From a virus (lineage: Duplodnaviria > Caudoviricetes): 30,045 nucleotides of DNA. A model generated the notes under the pieces. The model saw only the letters and a list, made by a program, of their open reading frames with translations, ran no database searches and was not told the DNA's origin. The stretch lies in the IMG/VR virus record IMGVR_UViG_3300037440_000208, positions 1 through 30,045 of that record, one strand, 5' to 3'. The number at the start of each line of letters is the position of its first letter. Positions within the stretch are counted from its first letter, which is position 1. Both the position numbers and the translations under genes were made by a program. Shown one piece after another: positions 17,173 through 26,948 of this stretch.

Positions 17173-17697
17173 ATGCCCGCGAAGGCAACGAAAAAGGCCG
17201 CCAAGAAAGCGGCACCCGCACGCAAGGCCACGGCGAAGGCGGCCCCCCGCGACCGCCTCCCCAAGGCCGACGCTCCAATGCCGCCCCGCGAAGGGTTCGA
17301 GCCCGGGGAGGCCATCGGCGAGTTCACCGTGCCGCTGTCGACCGGCGGCGCCCACAACGGCAAGCACAAGACGCTCCACCCGATCGCGCCCACGCCCGAC
17401 CAGCTCGCGTGGGCCGAAGCCGCGTTTTATCGCATGAACCTCGCCATGGCCGCCGCCGCCGAAGGCGAACAGTTCGACCAGGACGAACGCGGCCGCGTGT
17501 TCTCCGAAATCCGCCGCCTCACCGGCGTGTTCCTCTCCGATTGGGAAACCGACTGGTGTGAAGACGCGCTCTCCTCCGGCCGTGTCCAGCTCGCCGACAT
17601 GTGGACGGCCATGGCCGAAGCGTTCACCACCGTCGGTGGTGTCCCCATCAACCCCGACCGCGAGGGCCCGGATGCGGAAATCACGGTCGGCACCTAG
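17173..17697 (+). CDS. Tail assembly chaperone (probable)
   Basis: AGGAGG RBS; two genes upstream of tape measure; Lys/Ala-rich N-terminus. Confidence 0.6.
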   Translation: MPAKATKKAAKKAAPARKATAKAAPRDRLPKADAPMPPREGFEPGEAIGEFTVPLSTGGAHNGKHKTLHPIAPTPDQLAWAEAAFYRMNLAMAAAAEGEQFDQDERGRVFSEIRRLTGVFLSDWETDWCEDALSSGRVQLADMWTAMAEAFTTVGGVPINPDREGPDAEITVGT

Positions 17698-18331
17698 ACC
17701 AGCGCCGCGGGCGCGGTCGCTGGGCAACGACGGCGCCGCGCCCGCCTCCACCACGCTGGCGCTGGCGTTCGAGCCGTGGCACGGCATCAACCCGGCCCCG
17801 ATCACGGCCATGATCGCGGGCCGCCGGTACACGATGCCCGCGATGAACGCCGGGGAGTGGTTCACCGCCATGGGCGGCATCGGGTGGTTGTCGCGCTGGC
17901 GGTTCCTCCCCCACGCCGAGCACGACCCCGACGGGCTCGGCGCGGCCATGCTCATCGAACTCATGTGCGCCGGGGCCGCGGACGCGTACCGCCTGTCGGT
18001 GGCGGTTGATGACGGCCGGGTGAGCGCCCGCGACCTCGCGGGGGCGGCCCGGCGCGTATTCGAGCGCGCCGCCGGATGCCCGTGGTGGACTGCGGAGCGC
18101 ATTGCAATGCAATCGGTGTCGTGGTCGGGTATCGGGGGCGCCCTGTACCTCTCCGGGCTCCGGCCCGACGTGCCGCTCCCGGTGTGGCTCGGCGGTGCCT
18201 ACCGCACTTGGATGTCCCTGGTGGACGACAAGGAACGGTCGTTCGCCGACACCGCCTTGACGCTGCCGCCGCCCGGATATGATTCCGGTGATGTACAGCT
18301 GGCGTCGTCCATCGATGAGCTGTTCACGTAA
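17672..18331 (+). CDS. Pre-tape-measure protein (second chaperone-region gene)
   Basis: ATG 17672 with GAGGG RBS; AAGCPWW.A.R, W..IGG.L...G motif as in cluster-B-like genes before TMP; start uncertain. Confidence 0.65.
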   Translation: MRKSRSAPRPAPRARSLGNDGAAPASTTLALAFEPWHGINPAPITAMIAGRRYTMPAMNAGEWFTAMGGIGWLSRWRFLPHAEHDPDGLGAAMLIELMCAGAADAYRLSVAVDDGRVSARDLAGAARRVFERAAGCPWWTAERIAMQSVSWSGIGGALYLSGLRPDVPLPVWLGGAYRTWMSLVDDKERSFADTALTLPPPGYDSGDVQLASSIDELFT

Positions 18332-18352
18332 CGCGCGGGGGGTGCGTCCGGC

Positions 18353-20749
18353 ATGAGAATCGGTGAGGCCGAAATCGGTGTCGTCGCCGACGGCGGCGAG
18401 TTCAACCGACAGATGGCCCGCATGATGGACGACACGCGCCGCCGGTGGCGGAAGTTCTCCCGCGACAACGCGGAGGACACGAAGACCTGGCGTGACGCGA
18501 ACGGGAAACTGCGAGACGAGTTCGGGCGGTTCATCGCCGAAGGCAACCGCGGGTTTCTCAATCTCGGCATCGGCGCCGGTTCGTTCGGCAAGGTACTCAG
18601 AGGGCTCGTTGGCGGCTTCGCGCGCGTCGCCGCAGGCGCAACCGCCATCGGCTCCATTATTGGGATCCTTGGGGCCGCCACCGCCTCCGCTATCCAGTTC
18701 GCGGCCGCGCTCGCCCCCGCCGCTGGGGCCGTCGCCGCGCTCCCCGCCGTCATCGGTGTCCTCGCCGGTGCCGTAGCCACGCTGCAAGTCGCGCTCGCCG
18801 GTGTCGGCGACGCCTTCGCCGCGGCCGCGTCCGGCGACACCGCCGAATTCAACGACGCCATAGCCGGACTCGCACCGAACGCACAGAACGCGGCCCGCGC
18901 ATTGCGGGAAATCACGCCCGGGTTCCAAGCGCTGCAACAGTCGGTGCAAAACGCTTTCTTCACCGGCTTCGATGACACGCTACGTTCCATATCGGCGACG
19001 CTCCTCGGGCCGCTCACGGCCGGTATGACCGCGGCCGCGTCCGGCCTGGCCGGGCTCACCACCCGCATCGGCGAAGCCGTCACGAGCGGCGCCGGGGTGG
19101 CGTTCATCGAGTCGAGCTTCGCCGCGCTGGCGAACATCATCGCGAACCTCACCGAGCCCGTAGGCGCCCTCATCGAAGCGTTCGCTTCGCTCGGTTCCTC
19201 CATCAACCTCGCGTTCGGAGGGGAGGCGGCCGGGGCCGGGCTCGCGAACCTCATCACCCGATTCGCGGACTTCATCAACACCGCCGCCGACTCCGGCGCC
19301 GCCATCGGTTGGGTGGAGGGCGCCATGACGGTGTTCTCACAGCTCGGCGACATCATCGGCGAAGTGGTCGGCATCATCGGCACGGTTGGTTCTGTCGCCC
19401 AAACCACCGGCGGCAACATCCTCGGCGCGTTCGGATCCGCGCTGGCGTCGGTGAACGCGTTCCTGTCGAGCGCCCAAGGCATCGCCACGCTCACCACGAT
19501 TTTCGAGACGCTGAACAGCGTGGGGGCCCTTTTCGGTGACGTGCTCGCCGGGCTCCTGCCGGTGGTCGCGCCGCTGGTCGGTGAGCTGGTGTCCGGCCTC
19601 ATGCCCGTGCTCCAGTCACTCGTGCCCATTTTGGTACAAATTGGGTCACTTGCGGCGCCGATCTTCTCGCAAATCCTCGCCGCCGTGCTGCCGTTGCTGC
19701 CGCCCCTGCTGTCGCTGGTGTCCGCTATCCTGCCGCTAGTCGCGCAGCTGCTCACAAGCGTCGTGACGGCGCTGGCGCCGCTCCTCGAGGCGTTCACCAC
19801 GCTCCTCGTCTCCATCCTCACGCCGCTCATCCCGGCCCTGGAACCGCTCCTCATCATCTTCGGTGAGCTCGCGATTGCGTTGAGTGAAATTCTGACTCCC
19901 GTGATTCAGCTCGTGGGCGACATTCTCTTGTGGGTGGTGAACGAGGTGATCGTGCCGTTCGTGATCCCCATCATCGAAGTGCTCGCCGGACTGTTCTCCG
20001 GGCTCCTCACCGAAGCCGTGCAAGGATTCGCCGACCTGTTCGCCGTCGTCGTCAACGGGATCGCGGCCGCCGCACAATGGGTATGGGGACAGCTGCAAAC
20101 GCAATTCAACGCCATGAAACTCGGGTTCCAGATTCTCGGGCAGGCATTCCAAACGGCCGGGAACTTCATCAAAAACAACGTGTTCACGCCACTCAAGAAT
20201 GCGGCCAGCTCTGTCAAGTCGGCCCTTGCGAGCACGTGGAACTCTGTGAAATCCGCTTTTCAGAGCGTTGTCAACAAATTCAGCTCCGGGGTGTCGAAAA
20301 TCAAAACGGCACTCAGCTCTATTTGGACTGCGGTGAAGGGCGCTTACAACGCGCTTGCCTCAGGCTGGAACCGGATCGATATCGAAATCGGGCCGTTCTC
20401 CATCCCCGATTGGGTACCCGGCATCGGCGGCGCCACCTTCCACATTGCCGACATCATCCCCGATATCCCGCGCCTGGCCGTCGGTGGCTTCACCGGCGCG
20501 GGCTCCCCGCTGGCGCGGCTCGACCCGAACGAAATGGTTCTCCCCCTCGACCATCAGAACGGCATCAACGCGCTCGCCGACGCGCTCGCCCGCGCGTCCT
20601 CGATGACCGCCGGACTCGGCATGGGCGGGAACATGGAGATACGCGTGTTCATCGGTGACCGCGAACTCACCGACATCATCGACGTACAGATAGAGGAACA
20701 CGATGACGACGTGGCGCATGACGCCCGTGTCGGGGCAGGAACGAGGTAA
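18353..20749 (+). CDS. Tape measure protein
   Basis: 798 aa Ala/Gly/Leu-rich helical protein with Pro-spaced repeats, N-terminal IGEA.I.V.AD, C-terminal IPRLA.GG...E.VLPL. Confidence 0.92.
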   Translation: MRIGEAEIGVVADGGEFNRQMARMMDDTRRRWRKFSRDNAEDTKTWRDANGKLRDEFGRFIAEGNRGFLNLGIGAGSFGKVLRGLVGGFARVAAGATAIGSIIGILGAATASAIQFAAALAPAAGAVAALPAVIGVLAGAVATLQVALAGVGDAFAAAASGDTAEFNDAIAGLAPNAQNAARALREITPGFQALQQSVQNAFFTGFDDTLRSISATLLGPLTAGMTAAASGLAGLTTRIGEAVTSGAGVAFIESSFAALANIIANLTEPVGALIEAFASLGSSINLAFGGEAAGAGLANLITRFADFINTAADSGAAIGWVEGAMTVFSQLGDIIGEVVGIIGTVGSVAQTTGGNILGAFGSALASVNAFLSSAQGIATLTTIFETLNSVGALFGDVLAGLLPVVAPLVGELVSGLMPVLQSLVPILVQIGSLAAPIFSQILAAVLPLLPPLLSLVSAILPLVAQLLTSVVTALAPLLEAFTTLLVSILTPLIPALEPLLIIFGELAIALSEILTPVIQLVGDILLWVVNEVIVPFVIPIIEVLAGLFSGLLTEAVQGFADLFAVVVNGIAAAAQWVWGQLQTQFNAMKLGFQILGQAFQTAGNFIKNNVFTPLKNAASSVKSALASTWNSVKSAFQSVVNKFSSGVSKIKTALSSIWTAVKGAYNALASGWNRIDIEIGPFSIPDWVPGIGGATFHIADIIPDIPRLAVGGFTGAGSPLARLDPNEMVLPLDHQNGINALADALARASSMTAGLGMGGNMEIRVFIGDRELTDIIDVQIEEHDDDVAHDARVGAGTR

Positions 20750-20751
20750 CC

Positions 20752-22824
20752 ATGCCGACGCTCACCGCCGTCTACCTTGACGACTTCTCACGTATCAAGC
20801 TCGAGGCCACCGGCCTCGACCCCGAAGTGGTGTATTCGCTGCAACGATCGGTCGACGGCGGCACCACGTGGGTTCCCGTACGCGGCGGCTCCAACATCAC
20901 CGACGGCGGTGTCACCATCGTCTACGACTACGAGTTCTCCCCGAACGTGGAAAACCTCTACGAGCTGGTCGCACCCGCCATATCGGACACGTTCGAGCGC
21001 GACACCGGGCCCGGCGGCCTCGTACTCACCGGCGCTTCCGGCGACTACGCCTCCACGCCCGACACGGCCGCGCTCGACATCACCGGCGACATCGACATAC
21101 GCGCCGTCATCGCCTACGACGACTACTCCACCGGCGCGAACCAAGTAGTGCTCGCGAAATACACCACCACCGGCAACCAACGTTCCTATTCGCTCACGGT
21201 GAACAGCACCGGTGGGCTCCGGTTTGCCGTGTCGATTGACGGCATCGCTATCAGCCCCGCTGTCTCCACGGTCACCCTGTATGACACGGGTGTGGCGGAC
21301 GGTGAACTGGTGGCGGTGCGGGTGACCCGTGTCGCCGCCACCGGTGTCGTCACGTTCTATGTCGGCGACGAGCCCGTGTTGCAACCCGACTCGTGGGATC
21401 CCATGGGCGCCACCGCCTCCACCACCTCCGGGAACCTGTTCTCCAGTACGGCGCCGCTCGAAGCCGGATCACTCTCCGGCGGCACACTCGAGCGCGCCAC
21501 GGGCACCATCGTCATGGGGCAAGTCCGCAACGGGATCGCGGGCGCCATCGCTGCCAACCCGAACTTTGCGGCCGAAGCGACCGGCACCGGGAGCTTCAAC
21601 GACTCGACGGGCAAGACATGGACGGTGAACGGGGGCGCCACGATCCTCGGGAACGACCAGGCGTGGGGGAGCACCGACACCGGCCAGCTGTGGAACCTCC
21701 ACGTGGACAGCTCCACCGATGCCGTGTGGGAGGTCCGTTCGGGGGCCGGGCGCGTTGTCGTCCCCGACTCCTCATTCGGCATCTACGGCCGCTACCTCAA
21801 TGTGAACCTTGACGACATTGATGCGCGCTACGACTTCTACATGCCCGACATCGACCCCAGCGCCAACGATGAGGGACAGTTCGTGCTACTCCTCCGCGGC
21901 ACTAACGACCAAAGCGACGGCTACCGAATCGTCGTGTTCATCGAATCAACCACCCGCATCGCCACCATCACCATCACCGGCGCGGGCACCGTCGCCACCG
22001 TCACGCTCCCGTCGTGGCAACCGGGCCAGCGGTGGCGCATCCGAGCGCGCACCGTCGGCACCGTCATCGAAGCGCGGGCATGGAACACGGCGAACCCCGA
22101 ACCGAACACGTGGCATGTCACGGCGTCGTCTACAAACTGGACTTCGGGCACGGTCGGGCTCGCGCTGGCGGCACTGACTAACGACTCGATTGATGCTTTG
22201 TTTGACAACTTCATTGTCACCGATGTCCCGGCGACGGCGGCCGCCGAAGCCGCGGTCACGCCCATGCAATCCGACGTATGGCTGAAATCCATCGCCTACC
22301 CGTCGCTGAACATCAACATCGGGTGTCCGCTCACGGGGCCCATGACGCGGCGGGGCCGTAACGGCATCTTCGACGTGAAAAGCACACCGTTCCCGGTCGG
22401 TATCGAGGATGTGGGCTCTACCGAAGCCACGTCGATATCGTTCATGACGCGTTCGATGGAACAGAACCGGGCGGTGGTCGCGCTCCTCACCTACGGTTCG
22501 CCCCTGTTGCTCCAGTCGCCGCCCGACGACGACCCGACGGGGTGCGCGAACGCCGCCCTGACACCGACCGGATGGTATGCGCGCGGCGACAGTGTGCAAT
22601 CGCGTCCGCTGGTCGGTAAGCGGGCGTGGCTGTGGGTGGTGCCGCTCGTGCGCGTCGCCGCCCCCTCGAGTCTGATTCTCCCGGCGCACATGACGTGGAA
22701 TGTGCTGTGGCAGATGATGAACACGTGGGCGGAAGTGTGGGACGAATGGTCAACGTGGGCCGAGCTGTGGGACGCCACGATCGCGCCCGACATCGTGTAT
22801 GACGCGCTCATGGGGGAGTCATGA
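20752..22824 (+). CDS. Minor tail protein (distal-tail-like) with inserted lectin/LamG-like domains
   Basis: Follows TMP; VRG..YDYE N-terminus, VWLKSIAYP.LN and TW-repeat C-terminus; central YASTPDTAALDITGDIDIR domain. Confidence 0.8.
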   Translation: MPTLTAVYLDDFSRIKLEATGLDPEVVYSLQRSVDGGTTWVPVRGGSNITDGGVTIVYDYEFSPNVENLYELVAPAISDTFERDTGPGGLVLTGASGDYASTPDTAALDITGDIDIRAVIAYDDYSTGANQVVLAKYTTTGNQRSYSLTVNSTGGLRFAVSIDGIAISPAVSTVTLYDTGVADGELVAVRVTRVAATGVVTFYVGDEPVLQPDSWDPMGATASTTSGNLFSSTAPLEAGSLSGGTLERATGTIVMGQVRNGIAGAIAANPNFAAEATGTGSFNDSTGKTWTVNGGATILGNDQAWGSTDTGQLWNLHVDSSTDAVWEVRSGAGRVVVPDSSFGIYGRYLNVNLDDIDARYDFYMPDIDPSANDEGQFVLLLRGTNDQSDGYRIVVFIESTTRIATITITGAGTVATVTLPSWQPGQRWRIRARTVGTVIEARAWNTANPEPNTWHVTASSTNWTSGTVGLALAALTNDSIDALFDNFIVTDVPATAAAEAAVTPMQSDVWLKSIAYPSLNINIGCPLTGPMTRRGRNGIFDVKSTPFPVGIEDVGSTEATSISFMTRSMEQNRAVVALLTYGSPLLLQSPPDDDPTGCANAALTPTGWYARGDSVQSRPLVGKRAWLWVVPLVRVAAPSSLILPAHMTWNVLWQMMNTWAEVWDEWSTWAELWDATIAPDIVYDALMGES

Positions 22825-23933
22825 CCGATGTGACGGTGTTCGGTGACCTCACCTCCGGTTCGCACACGGCCCGGTTCTCCGCGATCGCGCCGACATCGTG
22901 GCAGACCGGCACCGACCCGGTAGGGGAACCACTTTTGGTGACCGGGGGCCGTGTCCTGTTCGATGCCACCTCCGACGTGTGGGCGTCGGGATCGATCACC
23001 GTCATCGCGCCGTGGCCGGGCCCCACGAACGAGCTCATCACCGTGTTCGGAGGTGAGATTTTCCTGGCGCGTGGCGTCGAGACGGGCGCGGGCGGCACCA
23101 TGTGGTCACCCATGGGCTACTTCCGGGTCACCACCGACACGCAGGACGACGCCGCCAAGGGACCCATCACGATCACCCTCGATGACCGGATGGCAACGCT
23201 CATCGAATCGGAGCTCATCACCCCGCGCGTGTTCGAGCCGGGAACCACGGTGCAAGCCATGGTCGAAAACCTGGTACTCGACGTGTACCCGCTCGCGGTC
23301 ATCGAATACGACTCGAACACCGATGCCGTCGTACTCGGGCGGCAAATCACGGTGGCAGAGAACCGGTACGAAGGGTTGTCGGACCTGGCCGACTCACTCG
23401 GACAGTACGTGCACTTCGATGAGCGCGGCGTGCTCCGCTTCGCCGACATCCCCACCACCACCGAACCGGTGTGGACGATCCGCGCCGGGCGGCGCGGTTC
23501 AATGGTGCGCCCGCGGCGCTCCCTCACCCGTGTGGGCGTCTACAACGCGGTCGCGGTGTTCGGTGAGGGCATGGACGACACGCCGCCGGTGCACGCCGTC
23601 GCCTACGACGGCGGCCCGACTTCGCCGACGCGGTGGGGCGGCCCGTTCGGCATGATTCCCCGCCGGTACGCGTCGCCGTTCATCACCACATGGTCGGGGG
23701 CGCGGTCGGCGGCGTCGGCGATGCTTCGCCGGTCGCTCGGCGCCCCGTATTCGGTGTCGGTGTCCATCGTCCCTAACCCGGCGCTACGCCCCTACATGCC
23801 TATTCGGCTCATCTACGACGACGGGACTCGGGAAATGCACGTCATCGACAAGTTCGAGTTGCCGTTCGACACGGACACGGACGCGGGCATCGATACCCGT
23901 GACCAGTCGGTGACCTATGTGAGGGTGGAGTGA
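22821..23933 (+). CDS. Minor tail protein (baseplate hub, DUF5047-like)
   Basis: SH, P.G.FRV, GVYNAV.V.GE, SPTRWGGPFG.IPR.Y.SP, PNPAL.P motifs. Confidence 0.8.
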   Translation: MTDVTVFGDLTSGSHTARFSAIAPTSWQTGTDPVGEPLLVTGGRVLFDATSDVWASGSITVIAPWPGPTNELITVFGGEIFLARGVETGAGGTMWSPMGYFRVTTDTQDDAAKGPITITLDDRMATLIESELITPRVFEPGTTVQAMVENLVLDVYPLAVIEYDSNTDAVVLGRQITVAENRYEGLSDLADSLGQYVHFDERGVLRFADIPTTTEPVWTIRAGRRGSMVRPRRSLTRVGVYNAVAVFGEGMDDTPPVHAVAYDGGPTSPTRWGGPFGMIPRRYASPFITTWSGARSAASAMLRRSLGAPYSVSVSIVPNPALRPYMPIRLIYDDGTREMHVIDKFELPFDTDTDAGIDTRDQSVTYVRVE

Positions 23934-24235
23934 TCGCGGTGGCGCGAAGGCAGAGACGCACAAGCAAGCTGGCGCAACTCCTGGCTAGGAAACCGGATAA
24001 AGCGCAGGGCGCGGCCCGGTCGCAAGCCACGATCCTCACGTGGGACGCGGTGACGTTGGAGAACACGGTGTCATGGCGCGGCGAAACCTACATCAACATG
24101 CCGCTACTGACAGTGACGGCTGCGGTGGACTATGACGCCGGGGATATCGTGATCCTCGAGGGGTGGGCACCCGAAGGAAAACTCTCGTCCTGGTACATCA
24201 TCGGGAAAGTCATCAAACCACCGCTCACGCCTTAA
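23930..24235 (+). CDS. Small minor tail protein
   Basis: W....EN.V...G....N.P.L....GD.V......WYIIG pattern; follows hub gene. Confidence 0.65.
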   Translation: MIAVARRQRRTSKLAQLLARKPDKAQGAARSQATILTWDAVTLENTVSWRGETYINMPLLTVTAAVDYDAGDIVILEGWAPEGKLSSWYIIGKVIKPPLTP

Positions 24236-24253
24236 AAAAAGGGGGACCGTACG

Positions 24254-25045
24254 ATGCCGACTACCAACCGGGGATACCCCTACGAGACACCCGCCGACGA
24301 ACCGGGCTGGTCGGTTACCGGCGGCTCCGACGGCTCGCAACAGATCTTGGCGCAAGTCCTCGACGCCGATGTAACCGACATCGTGGGCACCATCAACACG
24401 AACGCCGCGGGCGCCGCCGCCGCGCTGGCCGCCCACGCCGCCGACACGACGGCGGTGCACGGCATCGCCGACACCGCCGACCTCGTGGTGACTACCGACG
24501 CGCGCTTGTCGGACGCCCGCACACCCACCGCTCACGCGGCCACGCACGCCGCCGCAGGCGTCGACCCGATCACCGCGGCCTCCATCGACGCCTACCCCGA
24601 CACCGGAGGAGCGCTCGACGGTGACCTCACACTCACCGAACACGCGGCCACCGTGCGCTCCACCGACGGGCTCAACGCGTGGCGCGCGGCCGCGGCCGCG
24701 GGCGTCGTCGCGCTCGAAACCGTCGGTGTGGTCGACGTGGTGTCATACGCCGGTGCCGACTTCACCAGTACCGCTACGCCGCGCCAGCGATGGAGCCCGA
24801 CCGGTACCGACTTCTCCGGTGTCACCGGGTTCGGGACGCTCGGCGCCCCCGAACAGTCGGTGCACCCCGACGGCTACGGCACGTTCGGCGGGAAAAACGG
24901 TGTGCTGCCTGTACAGATATGCGGGCGCACGAACACCTCCGGGGCGCCCGTGGCGGGCGATTGGGCCGCCGGGGACATCATCATTGACCTTGACGGCGTG
25001 CTCCACTTGTGCACCGCCGACGGCACCCCCGGCACATGGACTTAG
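24254..25045 (+). CDS. Tail fibre-like minor tail protein
   Basis: Shared N-terminal GYPYE..PGWS.TGG anchor; HAADTTAVHGIADT and DARTPTAHAATH fibre motifs; C-terminal CTADGTPGTW. Confidence 0.7.
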   Translation: MPTTNRGYPYETPADEPGWSVTGGSDGSQQILAQVLDADVTDIVGTINTNAAGAAAALAAHAADTTAVHGIADTADLVVTTDARLSDARTPTAHAATHAAAGVDPITAASIDAYPDTGGALDGDLTLTEHAATVRSTDGLNAWRAAAAAGVVALETVGVVDVVSYAGADFTSTATPRQRWSPTGTDFSGVTGFGTLGAPEQSVHPDGYGTFGGKNGVLPVQICGRTNTSGAPVAGDWAAGDIIIDLDGVLHLCTADGTPGTWT

Positions 25046-25057
25046 GGAGCGTGAGCG

Positions 25058-25516
25058 ATGCCGTTTGAACCCTCCTACGGGCTCCCTTACGAGGCCGGTT
25101 CCGACCTCCCCGGGTGGTCACTCACGGGCGGCCCCGACGGGTCACAGCCCGTGCTCGCCGAAGCCGTCGCCGCGCAACTACGGCGCATTGACAATCTCGT
25201 GCAAGAGCTCACCGACCAGTTCGGGGTGTTCCCCACGTCCATCCAAGCGGGGACCGCATCGATCACGCCCGCCACGAACATCGTGAACACGTTCTATAAC
25301 GCCAGCTACTTCCGCGGTACCGCCGTCGTGAACTTCGCGGAAGCGTTCACGGGGACGCCGTCGGTGATGGTGACCGCGAATACGACGGTGCCCGGCATCG
25401 TCATCGAAGTGTCGGTGTCGGCGCCGAGCTCCACGCAATGCACCATCAACCTCGCCCGCTCGAGTAGCACGGGGACCGGTATTTTCTGGATCGCCTCAGC
25501 CCGGACACAGCCGTAA
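25058..25516 (+). CDS. Minor tail protein with H-type-lectin-like C-terminal domain
   Basis: Shared anchor; IQAG...VNFAEAFTGTPSVMVT...WIA pattern. Confidence 0.65.
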   Translation: MPFEPSYGLPYEAGSDLPGWSLTGGPDGSQPVLAEAVAAQLRRIDNLVQELTDQFGVFPTSIQAGTASITPATNIVNTFYNASYFRGTAVVNFAEAFTGTPSVMVTANTTVPGIVIEVSVSAPSSTQCTINLARSSSTGTGIFWIASARTQP

Positions 25517-25528
25517 GGGGGCCGCGCC

Positions 25529-25996
25529 ATGCGCAACGAACCGCTGTACGGGCTCCCCGTGGAGGAGCCGGGCGACATCGAGGGGTGGTCGATCAATGCC
25601 GACCTCGGCGGCGACCTCCTGGCCGTCGCTATCGCCGCCGAGCTGTCACGCATCGAATCCAATTACAACGCCATCGTTGCCACGCTCGGCGCGCTCCCGA
25701 TGAACATCCAAGCGGGCCGCGTCGCTATGGTGCGGGCCGTGTTCCGGCTGAAAAACGATCCCATGTACAACACCGCCGGATGGCTCGGCAGCGAATCCGT
25801 GGTGTTCGAGCGGCCCTTCGACTCGCCGCCTTCGGTCGTGCTCATCCCTCAACTGATTACCTTCCCCGGGGAGGTTGTTGAGGTCGGCGCGTTCAACGTC
25901 ACCGAATCCGGGTTCACCGGCGTCCTGTTCGCCGATAACCCACCCGCTAACCAGTACACCTCCGGTTGGATAGCGGTGGAGCGCACGCAGGCATAA
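25529..25996 (+). CDS. Minor tail protein with H-type-lectin-like C-terminal domain (paralog)
   Basis: Shared anchor; IQAG...VVFERPFDSPPSVVL...NVTESGFT...WIA pattern. Confidence 0.65.
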   Translation: MRNEPLYGLPVEEPGDIEGWSINADLGGDLLAVAIAAELSRIESNYNAIVATLGALPMNIQAGRVAMVRAVFRLKNDPMYNTAGWLGSESVVFERPFDSPPSVVLIPQLITFPGEVVEVGAFNVTESGFTGVLFADNPPANQYTSGWIAVERTQA

Positions 25997-26100
25997 CGCC
26001 GAACGGGTGAGCGAACGCGGGCCGTGAGTATATGTCGTTTGCCTGGCTCGGGCCGGTAGGATTGCGCCACCACACCAGCCCTAATGGAATGAGGTTCCCC

Positions 26101-26946
26101 ATGCGCATCTTCTACCGAAACGACTGGCACGCTAGGGCCGCGCGCGAGGAGCGCTCCACGTCGTGGGCGGCGCGCAAGCACTTCGCGGTGCACCACTCCG
26201 GCGCCAACCCGAACCAGTCCGTGCAGGAGATTCAGAACTTCCACATGGACACGCGCCGGTGGGTCGACATCGGGTACAACTACCTGGTGCGCCCGAACGG
26301 GGACATCTACGAAGGCCGGGGGTGGCTGAAAGTCGGCGCCCACATCGAAGGCCACAACACCGAAGCCGTCGGCGTGTGCGTGATCGGTAACTACGACAGC
26401 GCGGCGCCGTCGGCGGCCGTGAAGGCGTCCCTCGCCTACCTCTACGCGGAGGCCACCCGCCTCAAGGGCGGCAAGCTCGAAGTGCACACGCACCGCCAAT
26501 ACGCCTCCACCGCGTGCCCGGGAGACAAGCTCCACGCGTGGGTGGTCGGGAATCTCGCCGGGGCGGCGCCCGCGAAGCCGTCGAAGCCCGCGAAGCCGTC
26601 CGCCGGGACCGCCGCGCCGGGCCCGCGCCTGCCGTTCCCGCTCCCCGCGGGCCACTACTTCGGCCCCGCCGACGGCCCGAACACGAGCGTGTCGGGCCGC
26701 TACCCGCGTTCCTTCAAGGGCAATGACGCGTCCTACTGGCTTAAGCAGTGGGCCACCCAGCTCGGGCGCCGCGGGTGGGATGTCGGCAAGGGACGCCGGT
26801 GGCTCACGCACCACGGCAACGACGGCCGGTACGGCGACGAATACGCCGCGCTCGCCGGAGCGTTCCAGCGCGACCAGCGGTTGAACGATGACGAACTCAT
26901 CGGCAAGCAGACGTGGAACGCGGCGTTCCTCAACCCGGTGACGTAG
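26101..26946 (+). CDS. Endolysin: N-acetylmuramoyl-L-alanine amidase (PGRP-type) with C-terminal cell-wall-binding region
   Basis: VHHS, IQNFHMD.R.W.DIGYNYL, IYEGRGW..GAH, HRQ..TACPG; FPLPAGHYFGP and FQ......D..IG..TW C-terminus; GAGG RBS before ATG 26101. Confidence 0.93.
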   Translation: MRIFYRNDWHARAAREERSTSWAARKHFAVHHSGANPNQSVQEIQNFHMDTRRWVDIGYNYLVRPNGDIYEGRGWLKVGAHIEGHNTEAVGVCVIGNYDSAAPSAAVKASLAYLYAEATRLKGGKLEVHTHRQYASTACPGDKLHAWVVGNLAGAAPAKPSKPAKPSAGTAAPGPRLPFPLPAGHYFGPADGPNTSVSGRYPRSFKGNDASYWLKQWATQLGRRGWDVGKGRRWLTHHGNDGRYGDEYAALAGAFQRDQRLNDDELIGKQTWNAAFLNPVT

Positions 26947-26948
26947 CG

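Noticed and set aside
17173-17250. Histone-like protein call from the PAKATKKAAKKAAP N-terminus
   Set aside because: Only a short low-complexity tail; position before tape measure favours a chaperone
17558-17700. Programmed -1 frameshift between tail chaperone genes
   Set aside because: Downstream ORF is in the +1 frame, no XXXYYYZ slippery heptamer is evident, and it has its own GAGGG + ATG at 17672
485-22689. Long antisense or alternative-frame ORFs (e.g. 485..1729-, 9163..10530-, 18199..19857-)
   Set aside because: Shadow ORFs expected in high-GC coding DNA; no RBS or family motifs
24254-25996. Diversity-generating retroelement or shufflon acting on tail tips
   Set aside because: No reverse transcriptase, invertase, inverted crossover sites or adenine-only variant repeat pair visible in the window
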